Source of the DNA: an uncultured Bacillota bacterium
GTDB lineage: Bacteria > Bacillota_I > Bacilli_A > RF39 > UBA660
Assembly (NCBI GenBank): GCA_905205665.1
Contig: CAJLEF010000001.1
Coordinates: forward strand, 15,120-79,119
Length of the DNA: 64,000 nt
Reading direction: 5' to 3'
Shown here: in pieces, positions 27,579 through 36,947 of the stretch
Numbering within the stretch: the first letter of the stretch is position 1
Layout of the letters: each line of letters starts with the position of its first letter
Program-made: the position numbers and the translations under genes
The notes under the pieces: generated by a model
What the model saw: only the letters and a program-made list of their open reading frames with translations
Told to the model about the DNA's origin: nothing
Databases searched by the model: none

Positions 27579-28328
27579 ATGAAAAAAATGAATTTTAAAG
27601 ATAAAGTTGCCATTGTAACAGGTGGTGCATCAGGTATAGGTCTTGCCACCGTAAAAAAACTTTTAGAAAACGGTGCTAATGTCGTTATTGCCGATGTTTC
27701 TAAAAATTTAGATGACGTTGTAAGTAACTTAGGAAATGAAGCTCATACTTTAGGAATTCTAACGGATGTTTCTAAAGAAGAAGATGTAAAAAACATGATA
27801 AATAAGACTATCCAAAAATTTGGCCATTTAGACTATATGGTTTCCAATGCAGGTATTGGAGGTTCGCCAAATATTTTAGACGAAGTATCAATAGAAGAAT
27901 GGAATCAAGTAATTGGCGTAAATCAAACTGGCATGTATTTATGTAATAAATATGCCTTAAAAGAAATGCTTAAAAATGGCAAGGGAGCCATTGTAAATAC
28001 AACAAGTATGTATGGCCTTGTCGGAAGTGCTACATCTTATGCTTATTCAGCTTCTAAGGGCGCTATTGTACAAATGACAAGAACCGCGGCCTTAATGTAT
28101 GCTGATAAAAATATCCGTATTAATGCCGTAGCACCAGGTTATGTAGATACACCAATTTTAGCTATGGCACCAGAAGAAATGAAAAAGGCTATGGCCCAAA
28201 GTTTACCTATTAAAAGATTAGGAAAAGATACAGAAATAGCTGATACTATTTGCTTTCTATTAAGCGATGAAGCAAGCTTTATTACAGGCAGTATTCTTGC
28301 TTGTGATGGTGGTTATACAGCAATGTAA
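27579..28328 (+). CDS. Short-chain dehydrogenase/reductase (classical SDR)
   Basis: TGGASGIG cofactor motif, NAGI, and the catalytic S...YSASK tetrad. Confidence 0.85.
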   Translation: MKKMNFKDKVAIVTGGASGIGLATVKKLLENGANVVIADVSKNLDDVVSNLGNEAHTLGILTDVSKEEDVKNMINKTIQKFGHLDYMVSNAGIGGSPNILDEVSIEEWNQVIGVNQTGMYLCNKYALKEMLKNGKGAIVNTTSMYGLVGSATSYAYSASKGAIVQMTRTAALMYADKNIRINAVAPGYVDTPILAMAPEEMKKAMAQSLPIKRLGKDTEIADTICFLLSDEASFITGSILACDGGYTAM

Positions 28329-28332
28329 TAAA

Positions 28333-28360
28333 AAAGAAATGGAACTAAGCCATTTCTTTT
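28333..28360. terminator. Hairpin shared by the convergent SDR gene and rpsT
   Basis: AAAGAAATGG-aactaag-CCATTTCTTT. It overlaps the last codons of rpsT. Confidence 0.45.
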
Positions 28361-28608
28361 ACTTTGTGTGAAAGTCTTGATTTTTGACGAGCTGCTGTAT
28401 TTTTCTTAACTAGGTTTTTGCTTGCAGCTTTATCAATATATTTTTGAGTATCCGCAAGGAGTTTTTGAGCAGTTTCTTTATCTCCAGCTTCAATTGCTTT
28501 ATCGCATAAGCGAATACAGTTTTTAACACGTGCTTTTAATTCGTGATTATTTTCTGTTTTTTTAGCAATAACTTTAATCGCTTTTTTTGAACTTTTAATA
28601 TTAGCCAT
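28345..28608 (-). CDS. rpsT: 30S ribosomal protein S20
   Basis: MANIKSSKKAIKV... is a basic 87-aa protein with the canonical S20 N-terminus. Confidence 0.9.
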   Translation of the reverse strand: MANIKSSKKAIKVIAKKTENNHELKARVKNCIRLCDKAIEAGDKETAQKLLADTQKYIDKAASKNLVKKNTAARQKSRLSHKVKEMA

Positions 28609-28716
28609 ACTTATCTCCTTTCTTCGTTAAGTCAAGTATAATTTTAACAAAATAATTAACTGAAAACAAGGGTGAATTAGTTATTTTTCGTCAAAACCGA
28701 TACTTTTCTTCTAAAA

Positions 28717-29073
28717 TTAGACTGTTTTTTCTAAAACTTTGACAGCCGCTTCATTATAGGCCCGAATAAGACCACCAGCTCCTAATTTAATCCCTCCAAA
28801 ATAACGGACAACAAAAATCGCGTGATGTTGAAGATTACTCCTTACTAAATTTTGATAAATTGGAGCCGCACTGGTTCCAGATGGTTCTTTGTCATCACTT
28901 TTACCAGCTGTGTTATAGAAGATATAAGCATAGGGAATATGTCGAGATTTTTTATGTTCTTTTTTTAAATTATTCCAAATTTCCTTAACTTCCTCTTTTT
29001 CATCGATTTCATATAAATAAGATATAAATTTAGATTTTTTAATTTTATATTCATAAGTATTTAAAAGTTTCAT
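28717..29073 (-). CDS. IMPACT/YigZ-family protein (N-terminal domain only)
   Basis: YEIKKSKFISY..., DDKEPSGTSAAPI, VVRYFGGIKLGAGGLIRAY. The likely start is MKLLN (29073) after AAAGGTGA. It lacks the C-terminal DUF1949-type domain of full-length YigZ. Confidence 0.65.
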   Translation of the reverse strand: MKLLNTYEYKIKKSKFISYLYEIDEKEEVKEIWNNLKKEHKKSRHIPYAYIFYNTAGKSDDKEPSGTSAAPIYQNLVRSNLQHHAIFVVRYFGGIKLGAGGLIRAYNEAAVKVLEKTV

Positions 29074-29144
29074 GGGCATCACCTTTAAAATATGGTACAA
29101 TAAAAAAAGTAAAAAGGAAATACTAAATAAAGAAGGTGAGTGTT

Positions 29145-30932
29145 ATGTTAAAAGAAAAGTTAGCTAATATTCCTAATTTGCCAGGAAGTTATCAAATGAA
29201 AAATAAAGACGGTGTGATTATTTATGTGGGTAAAGCTAAAAATCTTCATCGCCGGGTCAACTCCTACTTTAACCGAATGCAAACGGGAAAAACAGCAAGA
29301 TTAGTTTCTGAAATAGCTGATTTATCTTATATTGTCACTTCGAGTGAAATGGAAGCTTTTCTTTTGGAAATTAATTTGATTAAACAATATAATCCTAAAT
29401 ATAATATCTTACTTAAAGATGATAAAAGTTATCCTTATATTGAATACATTGAACATCCTTATCCTAAGTTAAAGGTATCTAGATATTTACAAATTAGAAA
29501 AAAAGATCATAAAAAGTTATTTGGACCTTACCCCAATGCTTATGCAGCCAGAAAAATAGTAAATCTTTTAAATCGTTTATATCCTTTAAAAAAATGTGAT
29601 GGTAATCCTAAAAAAGTATGTCTTTATTATCATATTGGTGAGTGTCTTGGTTACTGCGAGAAAAAAGTAAGTATGGAAACACAACAAAAAATGAGTGAAG
29701 AAATATTAAGCTTTTTGTCAGGTAATGATAAAATTTTAAAAGATAAAATAGAAGAGAAAATTGCTAAATATAGTGAAGCCTTAAATTTTGAATTAGCCTT
29801 AGAACTCAAAAAAGAATTAGATTATATTAATATTGTTTTGGATAAGCAAAAAATCACTTTACAAGATTTAACAAACCGCGATGTTATTGGAACATACTTT
29901 CAAAACGGCTATATTTCAGTACAAATTCTTTTTTTAAGAAATGGCAAAATTGTAGGTGGGCACACGGATATTTTTTCTGTGGTTGAAGACTTTCAAAGTG
30001 ATATGGAACAATATTTAGAACTTTTCTATGCTCGTCATGAAATACCCAAAGAAATATTAGTTCAAAGTGAGACAGAAACAGATATTTTAAAAACTTATTT
30101 TGAAAATAAAATTGTCGTTCCTTTAAAAGGACAAAAAAAAGATTTAGTTAATATGGCTATTCAAAATGCAAAAATAAACTTTGAACAAGAATTTGAAATT
30201 TTAAAGAAAAAAGAAGACCAAACAGAAGGGGCAAACGAAACTTTAAAAGAAATATTACATCTACCTCTTTTAGACCGGATTGATTTATTTGATAACTCTA
30301 ATTTGTTTGGCGATTGGTCAGTTTCTTGTATGGTTGTTTTTAAAAATGGTCTTCCTTCTAAAAATGAATATCGTAAATATAAAATTATGTACGATAAAAA
30401 TGATGATTATGATATGATGCGAGAAGTTATTTATCGCCGTTATCAAAGAGCTTTAGTGGAAAAAACAGAATTACCAAATCTTATCATTGTCGATGGTGGT
30501 ATTGGTCAAATTCATGCTTGCAAAGAAGTTTTAGATAGTCTAAACCTACATGTTAAAGTATGTGGTTTAAAGAAAAATGATAAACATAGAACAAATGATT
30601 TAGTAGATGGTGATACCTTAGAAATTATTGATATTCCTAAAGATAGTCCTGTTTTTCATTATTTAACAAGAATGCAAGATGAAGTCCATCGTTTTACAAT
30701 TAATTATCATAGAACGATAAGAAGTAAAGGATCTATTGCTAGTGTCTTAGATAATATTGAAGGTATAGGTGAGAAAAGAAAGAAAGAACTTATTAAAGCT
30801 TTTGGCAGTGTCAAGGCTATGGAAGAAGCTTCTTTAGAAGAACTTGGTAAATATCTTCCTTTAAAGGTAGCCGAAACCTTACAGAATTATTTACAAAGTC
30901 GTAAGGAAATGAAAGATGAAAACATAAAATAA
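29145..30932 (+). CDS. uvrC: Excinuclease ABC subunit C
   Basis: GIY-YIG start LPGSYQMKNKDGVIIYVGKAKNLHRRV, a UvrBC-interaction region, an endonuclease V-like domain and a C-terminal (HhH)2. ATG 29145 follows GAAGGTGAG. Confidence 0.95.
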   Translation: MLKEKLANIPNLPGSYQMKNKDGVIIYVGKAKNLHRRVNSYFNRMQTGKTARLVSEIADLSYIVTSSEMEAFLLEINLIKQYNPKYNILLKDDKSYPYIEYIEHPYPKLKVSRYLQIRKKDHKKLFGPYPNAYAARKIVNLLNRLYPLKKCDGNPKKVCLYYHIGECLGYCEKKVSMETQQKMSEEILSFLSGNDKILKDKIEEKIAKYSEALNFELALELKKELDYINIVLDKQKITLQDLTNRDVIGTYFQNGYISVQILFLRNGKIVGGHTDIFSVVEDFQSDMEQYLELFYARHEIPKEILVQSETETDILKTYFENKIVVPLKGQKKDLVNMAIQNAKINFEQEFEILKKKEDQTEGANETLKEILHLPLLDRIDLFDNSNLFGDWSVSCMVVFKNGLPSKNEYRKYKIMYDKNDDYDMMREVIYRRYQRALVEKTELPNLIIVDGGIGQIHACKEVLDSLNLHVKVCGLKKNDKHRTNDLVDGDTLEIIDIPKDSPVFHYLTRMQDEVHRFTINYHRTIRSKGSIASVLDNIEGIGEKRKKELIKAFGSVKAMEEASLEELGKYLPLKVAETLQNYLQSRKEMKDENIK

Positions 30933-30957
30933 ATAAAAATAAAGGATGTGACAACTT

Positions 30958-32934
30958 ATGCTAACCGTTATGGATAAAATGAACCTTATGAATTTGGTTC
31001 GTAAAAATACTTGTTTTGATATTGATATTTTAAAAGAAAATGTGAAAGGTAAATTTGATACCAAAGAAGTCTTAAATTATTATCTTACTAATTACCAAAA
31101 GCGAAAAACAGACTTAACCTCTAATGCTCAAGCACGATATCTAGCTGTTTTTAATATTCTTCTTTATGATATGAAGATGCGGTTTCTTCCCTTATCCAAA
31201 GAAGAAAAAGAAGAACTTTATATGATTTTTGAAGAAGCAAGGCAAAATGAAAATCTTGATTGTGAAGGTAATATAAATAGAAGTAAAGAGTTTTTGGAAA
31301 AAATTAAAGTCATGGATAAAGAAGAGGAGATACCAAAAGAAAATCTTAATGTGGTTCCTTTAAAAACACCTGTTATAAAAAAGGAACATAAAGAAAAAGT
31401 TACTCATCCATCTTTAGAAGATGAGTATAAAAGGCAATTACAAGCTTTAAAAAAAGAGCTGGAAATACAAAAAAGAATGAATAAAGAACAGGAAGAAAAA
31501 AACCTTCGTTTAGAAGAAGAACTACAAAAAGAAAAACACCAAAATGAAGTTCATAAAAAAATGTTAGATAATAAAGATTATCAAATAGGTCTTGAAAAAA
31601 ATGCTCAAAAAAATTTACAAGAAGAAAATAAAATGTGGCAAAGAAAGATAAATGCCCTAGAGCAAGACTTATCAAAATTTAGCCAATTAAAAAAATCTTA
31701 TAGCACGGTGACTTCCTATTTTCAAAAATCATTAAACGATGAAGCAAAGGCAAGAGAAGAAATATTAAAACACAAAGAAACGATTCAAAACTTAAGAAAA
31801 GATATAGCTGACCATAACGAATTAAAAAAATCTTATCAAGAACTTTCTTTTAAATACAAAGACAGCCTGAGTGAAGAAACAAGAAAACAAGAAGAACTTT
31901 TAAAACATAAGGAATTTATTCAAGCTTTAGAACAAAAAACGCATGAAGAGAACTGGAATGAAGATTTACAAGAGTTGCATTTTAAAGATAATGAAGCCAA
32001 CTTGCTTTATAAACATCTATTAACTAAAATAAGTCCCATTGATTTACAAAATAAATTACGAATGGAAGGCATCTTTTATTCTTTAGAAGATATTCGGGCA
32101 TTTTTTGAAAAAGTGGCCAAACATTATACTTTAAGAATAGAAAAAGGATTTAAGCCGACTTATGAACTTCAAGAAGCCTACTTTCCAACCGACCAAGTTT
32201 TTACTTTAGAAAATCACGGGGTTTTAAAACTTATTTTTGTTTCGGATTATCATTTAAGAAAGATAGATAAAATGCAGCAGAATCAAATAGATAACCTTTA
32301 TAATTACTGTCATCAAAACAACATCAGAACGGTTATTAATTTAGGTGATTTTTATAGCTTTTGGGATAAAAAGCCAACTTTTTCTGAAGTGGAAAATATT
32401 TTAGATGATACTATTAAAAATTATCCTAAAGATGATGAGATACAACAAGGTATATTAATTGGCAACCATGATAGACCTTTTATAGGGGGAAAAAGAACTT
32501 TAGATTTAATGGAAACACTTTCTAAAGAAAGAAGTGATTTAATTTCCCTAGGATGGCAGCATGCCCATTTAAACATAGGTTCTTCCTTTGTAGGTATTCA
32601 TCATGTCCCTAGAAGATTTATTTACGATAAAAACGATTTATCTCAGCTTTACCGGTATACCAAAGATTACTATGAATCGAACAATAATGTAACCCATGAA
32701 AGCGTTTTAGATTGCTTTGGCCATTTTCACATTGATTGTTTATCTTTTAACAGAAATATTCTATCGGTACCATCTTTCTTTAAAGACCGAGTTCAAAATG
32801 GCTTTTATGAACTAGATTTTTATTTAAATTTCTTAAATCAAATTGAAACGATTATCTTTAAACCATTCATTGTTCAAAATGGTAATTTTATAAAAAAAGA
32901 AGAAATATATCAACCTGTTTTAAAAAGAGACTAG
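30958..32934 (+). CDS. Coiled-coil protein with a C-terminal calcineurin-like metallophosphoesterase domain
   Basis: The C-terminal ~230 aa carry the MPE motifs VSDYH, NLGDF, IGNHD, GIHH and GHFH in the canonical order. Residues ~150-330 are Lys/Glu/Gln coiled coil with an internal ~45-aa duplication. Confidence 0.6.
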   Translation: MLTVMDKMNLMNLVRKNTCFDIDILKENVKGKFDTKEVLNYYLTNYQKRKTDLTSNAQARYLAVFNILLYDMKMRFLPLSKEEKEELYMIFEEARQNENLDCEGNINRSKEFLEKIKVMDKEEEIPKENLNVVPLKTPVIKKEHKEKVTHPSLEDEYKRQLQALKKELEIQKRMNKEQEEKNLRLEEELQKEKHQNEVHKKMLDNKDYQIGLEKNAQKNLQEENKMWQRKINALEQDLSKFSQLKKSYSTVTSYFQKSLNDEAKAREEILKHKETIQNLRKDIADHNELKKSYQELSFKYKDSLSEETRKQEELLKHKEFIQALEQKTHEENWNEDLQELHFKDNEANLLYKHLLTKISPIDLQNKLRMEGIFYSLEDIRAFFEKVAKHYTLRIEKGFKPTYELQEAYFPTDQVFTLENHGVLKLIFVSDYHLRKIDKMQQNQIDNLYNYCHQNNIRTVINLGDFYSFWDKKPTFSEVENILDDTIKNYPKDDEIQQGILIGNHDRPFIGGKRTLDLMETLSKERSDLISLGWQHAHLNIGSSFVGIHHVPRRFIYDKNDLSQLYRYTKDYYESNNNVTHESVLDCFGHFHIDCLSFNRNILSVPSFFKDRVQNGFYELDFYLNFLNQIETIIFKPFIVQNGNFIKKEEIYQPVLKRD

Positions 32935-33060
32935 CTAAAAAAATAGTAAGTCTTTTTTTATGAAAATTTTCTTCCCATTGATATTAAAAATGTGTTAAGA
33001 TATTCGTGTAAATAGAAAAGAGTTTAAAACATACTAAAGAGAAAAGGAGTTGTTCCATTT

Positions 33061-34668
33061 ATGGATAAAAAGAAAAGAAATATTTTGATTACAATTGTTT
33101 TATTAATAGGAATCATAGCTATCATAGGCGTATCGTATGCCATATGGTTCCTAAACTTAACTCAAACAGGCCAAAATAATATTGCCTCATCATGTTTTAA
33201 TATTACCTTCACAGATAAAGACAATATTAGTTTACAAAAAGCTTACCCAATATTAGATGAAGAAGGAAAGAAACTAGCTCCTTATGAATTTACAATCACC
33301 AACACATGTGATTCTTATGCATCCTTTAACGTTAATCTAGAAGTCTTAAATACCACGACCTTAACCAATAATGATGCAGTTAAAGCCATGATATCATCAA
33401 AAACAAATGATACAGAAACAGAAATAACCACAAGTTTATTATCAGGTTATAAAACAACCACGAAAACTTTAGATAATGCTCAAACATCTTTTAATCTAAC
33501 AACAGGATATTTAAAGGCTAAAGAATCTAAAACGTATACCTTAAGATTATGGTTAGATGAAAACGTAGGCATGAATACAGAAGGAGTCCAAAATGCTAAA
33601 TTTAGTTCCAAAGTCGTTGTGACAACAAGTTATATAGAAGAAATACCTGTCGCAGGCAAAGATGTCTTAAGCTACGTTAAAGAAAATGCTGATTCATCTT
33701 CAACAGATGTTATTACCGTTCCAGGTATTTCAAACGATAGTTGTACTTATACTTTAGCCTATGATGGAACAAGTGATAACAATTTAAGATATGTTGGAAA
33801 AAATCCTTGCAACTATGTCAAAATAGATAACGAGTATTGGCGTATTATAGGTCTTATGAATAATATAGATGATGGAACAGGCAAAAAAGAAACAAGAATA
33901 AAATTGATAAGAAATGAATCAATAGGAACGTATTCATGGGACACATCCGAATCATCTATAAATAGTGGTTATGGTGTTAATGAATGGAGTCAAGCTGATT
34001 TAATGAAACTTTTAAATCCAGGCTATGAAAGTGAAAGTGTCGGAGGTTCATTATACTACAATAATAGTTCAGGAAACTGTAGTAGTTATAGTGGAACAAT
34101 AGCCTGTGATTTTACTACAACTGGCTTAAAAACAAATTTAAAAAAATTGGTAGGGACCACTTTATGGAACACGGGCACAAACGGAACAAATGATTATTCT
34201 TCAGCAAGTAATGGTTTAGCGAGTCATTTTTATAGTTACGAAAGGAGTAGTAATAATGGAAAAATATGCCCGTCAGGTAGTTATTGTAATGATACGGTAA
34301 CCAGAACAACGACGTGGAATGGTAAAATAGGCTTAATGTATCTAAGTGATTATGGATATGCGACAAGTGGAGGAACTAGTATGAATAGAACCAGTTGTTT
34401 AGCCAAAGAATTATACAACTGGGATGGTGCAAGTGACTGCTATAATAATGATTGGCTTTATAATTCTAGCAATAGTCAATGGACGATTTCTCCGTTCGCG
34501 GACTCTTCGTTTGCTAGCTATGTGTTCGGTGTCAGAGGCAGCGGCGCTGTCAACTACAGACATGCTTACAATGCTGGTTTGGTTCGCCCTTCGGTATATC
34601 TGATATCGAAAACGTCGATTTTAGGCGGTGAAGGAATGCTTGAAAATCCATATACGATTGCTGATTAG
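33061..34668 (+). CDS. Membrane-anchored or secreted surface protein, Asn/Ser/Thr/Cys-rich
   Basis: N-terminal TM/signal anchor ILITIVLLIGIIAIIGVSYAIW. The C-terminal pattern QWTISP...V..V...G.V......NAGLVRPSVYL resembles the WWLRSP...gVRPal motif of a widespread surface-protein domain (DUF6273-like, from memory). Confidence 0.5.
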   Translation: MDKKKRNILITIVLLIGIIAIIGVSYAIWFLNLTQTGQNNIASSCFNITFTDKDNISLQKAYPILDEEGKKLAPYEFTITNTCDSYASFNVNLEVLNTTTLTNNDAVKAMISSKTNDTETEITTSLLSGYKTTTKTLDNAQTSFNLTTGYLKAKESKTYTLRLWLDENVGMNTEGVQNAKFSSKVVVTTSYIEEIPVAGKDVLSYVKENADSSSTDVITVPGISNDSCTYTLAYDGTSDNNLRYVGKNPCNYVKIDNEYWRIIGLMNNIDDGTGKKETRIKLIRNESIGTYSWDTSESSINSGYGVNEWSQADLMKLLNPGYESESVGGSLYYNNSSGNCSSYSGTIACDFTTTGLKTNLKKLVGTTLWNTGTNGTNDYSSASNGLASHFYSYERSSNNGKICPSGSYCNDTVTRTTTWNGKIGLMYLSDYGYATSGGTSMNRTSCLAKELYNWDGASDCYNNDWLYNSSNSQWTISPFADSSFASYVFGVRGSGAVNYRHAYNAGLVRPSVYLISKTSILGGEGMLENPYTIAD

Positions 34669-34713
34669 TGGACAGTTTTCCTTAAACAACGATAATCATT
34701 GAATTTATCAAGC

Positions 34714-34813
34714 GACCTTGTCAAGAGTGGTGTGTAAATTTTTTTAATATTTATAAATTATCAGACCTTGTCAAGAGTGGTGTGTAAATTTTTTTAATAT
34801 TTATAAATTATCA
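34714..34813. repeat. Perfect 50-bp tandem duplication (x2) containing the left IS terminal inverted repeat
   Basis: 34714-34763 and 34764-34813 are identical: GACCTTGTCAAGAGTGGTGTGTAAATTTTTTTAATATTTATAAATTATCA. Confidence 0.9.
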
Positions 34814-34852
34814 AAGAACATAAACTAGTATTTTAAAAAAAGTACTAGTTTT

Positions 34853-36085
34853 TTAGATGTCGAGATGTTTGGTAAAACGTTCTTTATAAATTTCAGAAAG
34901 CTGAATTTCAATTTTGTTCCAGTTTGGAATAGGTTTTTTCCATTTTTCTTCTAATTCTTCTACTCTGAGAAATAATATTTTGTAAACAGAATTTACAGAA
35001 GCAAATGAGCCTTTACCATTAGTAACTTTTCTAAGAGCAGAATTAACAGATTCTATAGCATTAGATGTATATATTGCCTTTCTTATTTCATCAGGCACTT
35101 CAAATAATGGCTCTAAATATTTCATATCTTCTTCTACTTTTTGAGTGACCTTTGTTAAAGATGAAAACTTTTCTTTAAAATTTTCTAATTCTAGCTGAGC
35201 CACTTTTAAATTAGATGCTGTGTATATTTTTTTGAAATTTTGAATAATCTCAGATGCTTGTTTTCTAGGACAAATTTTATATAAATTTCTTGTTAAATGA
35301 ACAACACATCTTTGAGCCTGTGTTTTAGGGTACACTGTTTCTAAAGAGCCTTTAAAACCAGCAATACCATCACTTGTAGAATAAAGAATATCTTTAACAC
35401 CACGTTTTTTCAAATCTTCAAAAACAGTTGTCCAAAAAGAAGCGGATTCTGTTTTATCACACCAAATTCCTAGCATTTCTTTTATGCCTTGAGCATTTAC
35501 GCCAATAATGACATAAAAAGCTTTCTTTTCGCTTTTTAAATCTTCTGTAACAGGAATATATAAGCAATCAGCATATATAAAAGCATAAAAGAATTTTAAA
35601 GGTCTATTTCGCCAGTTATCAACAACTTCTGTTATTGTATCTACAAAAGTTTGAACTTGATCTTTAGAAATATCAACTCCATAAATTTCTTTTAAAAGAC
35701 TTGAAATATCTCGATAACTCATTCCTTTAGCACATAAGGATAAGACAATATCTTCAAATTTACCAAGACGATTTTCTCCTTTTGGGATGATAATTGGTTC
35801 AAATTCACCATTTCTATCTCTAGGTGTTTTTATTTCAATAGCTCCATACTTCGTTTGAACTTTTTTTGTTTTACAATAACCATTTCTGGAATTTTCATTA
35901 TCTTTTTTATGTTCATATCTCTCATAACTTAACATGTTGGATAATTCGGTATCAAGCAATTTTTGATAAAGTGGTTGAACTAAATTATCAATAAAATTTT
36001 CAACATCCGCATTGTTTTTTATTTTGCCTTCTTTAAATCTTTTTATAGCCTCATCAATTATTGCATCGTTTATGTTGTTTTCCAT
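34853..36085 (-). CDS. IS256-family (mutator-type) DDE transposase
   Basis: Typical blocks: LSYERYEHK...NSRNGY, IYADCLYIPV (D), STSDGIAGF (D), CVVHLTRN, TSNAIESVNSALRK (E). RBS AAGGTGG. Confidence 0.9.
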   Translation of the reverse strand: MENNINDAIIDEAIKRFKEGKIKNNADVENFIDNLVQPLYQKLLDTELSNMLSYERYEHKKDNENSRNGYCKTKKVQTKYGAIEIKTPRDRNGEFEPIIIPKGENRLGKFEDIVLSLCAKGMSYRDISSLLKEIYGVDISKDQVQTFVDTITEVVDNWRNRPLKFFYAFIYADCLYIPVTEDLKSEKKAFYVIIGVNAQGIKEMLGIWCDKTESASFWTTVFEDLKKRGVKDILYSTSDGIAGFKGSLETVYPKTQAQRCVVHLTRNLYKICPRKQASEIIQNFKKIYTASNLKVAQLELENFKEKFSSLTKVTQKVEEDMKYLEPLFEVPDEIRKAIYTSNAIESVNSALRKVTNGKGSFASVNSVYKILFLRVEELEEKWKKPIPNWNKIEIQLSEIYKERFTKHLDI

Positions 36086-36098
36086 AATCCACCTTATA

Positions 36099-36869
36099 TT
36101 AGATAAATTCTATATCCGGATACAATATCATTAAATCATTCAGTATTAATGTCCATTGTTTCTTATTAAATGATATAAATCCAAAGAATCTATCTTCACT
36201 TTCCAATTTTTCATATATTTCATTTAAATCACTTATATATTTCTCAGTGCTGTTAAACGATAAACGAATTCTATCATATATTCTTGTGTTTGCCGAGGGT
36301 TTAAAGAGTAAATTTCTTATATTTGAACTATATTTATAGTAGCCTTCAACATTAACAAGATATTTTTCTATTAGTTTTTGATGAATGATGTTATTATAAG
36401 TCTCTTTAAATGAGTTAAATTCATTTTGCAATTCATTCATTGTTGGTTGAGAATATAATCTATGTATACGACTCATCACTTTTCGAGAACATTTTTCAGA
36501 AGTGTATTTATCAAACTTTGAAGAAATATAAATTAATGAATCAACAAAATTTACCATTGGAAATGCAATTTTAACAGTCCTTTTAAAATTTTTGTTATCA
36601 TCTATTGCAACAAATAATATTGTATTTAAACCTCTTGTTTTGAGCGATTCAAATATATCTAACCAATAACGATTGTTAAGTGGTCTATCTTGATAAATAC
36701 CAACTAATTGTCGTATTCCTTTTTTATTAATACCAACAAGAGTATAAATATTAATATTTTCGATAATATCTCCTTTTTTAACATTTAAATCATTTTTGAT
36801 GGTATACATCATTACATACATATCATCAAGTCTTTTCTTTGTGTAATCAATTAATTTTAAGTTTTGCAT
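36099..36869 (-). CDS. Divergent, N-terminally shorter IS256-transposase-like paralog with an apparently incomplete DDE triad
   Basis: IYTLVGINKKGIRQLVGIYQDRPLNNRYWLDIFESLKTRGLNTILFVAIDDNKNF parallels FYVIIGVNAQGIKEMLGIWCDKTESASFWTTVFEDLKKRGVKDILYSTSDGIAGF of the adjacent transposase. The first-D and E positions are not conserved (MYVMMY; NTRIYDRIR). Strong RBS AAGGAGG. Its stop lies 13 nt before the transposase start. Confidence 0.55.
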   Translation of the reverse strand: MQNLKLIDYTKKRLDDMYVMMYTIKNDLNVKKGDIIENINIYTLVGINKKGIRQLVGIYQDRPLNNRYWLDIFESLKTRGLNTILFVAIDDNKNFKRTVKIAFPMVNFVDSLIYISSKFDKYTSEKCSRKVMSRIHRLYSQPTMNELQNEFNSFKETYNNIIHQKLIEKYLVNVEGYYKYSSNIRNLLFKPSANTRIYDRIRLSFNSTEKYISDLNEIYEKLESEDRFFGFISFNKKQWTLILNDLMILYPDIEFI

Positions 36870-36947
36870 ATTCTTTCCTCCTTAAGCCATAAAAAAAATA
36901 TGGCATGCAATTCATTTAAGAATTTACACACCACATTCTACACCGTC

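Larger units (their letters stand above)
34764..36947 (-). mobile_element. IS256-family insertion sequence carrying two ORFs
   Basis: The left end GACCTTGTCAAGAGTGGTGTGTAAATT and the reverse complement of the right end GACGGTGTAGAATGTGGTGTGTAAATT (36921-36947) match at 20 of 27 positions. Inside are a mutator-type transposase and an upstream paralogous ORF, both with strong RBS. Confidence 0.75.

Noticed and set aside
34714-34813. A perfect 50-bp tandem repeat, considered as a CRISPR-like or minisatellite array.
   Set aside because: There are only two units with no spacers, and the unit is the terminal inverted repeat region of the adjacent IS256-family element.
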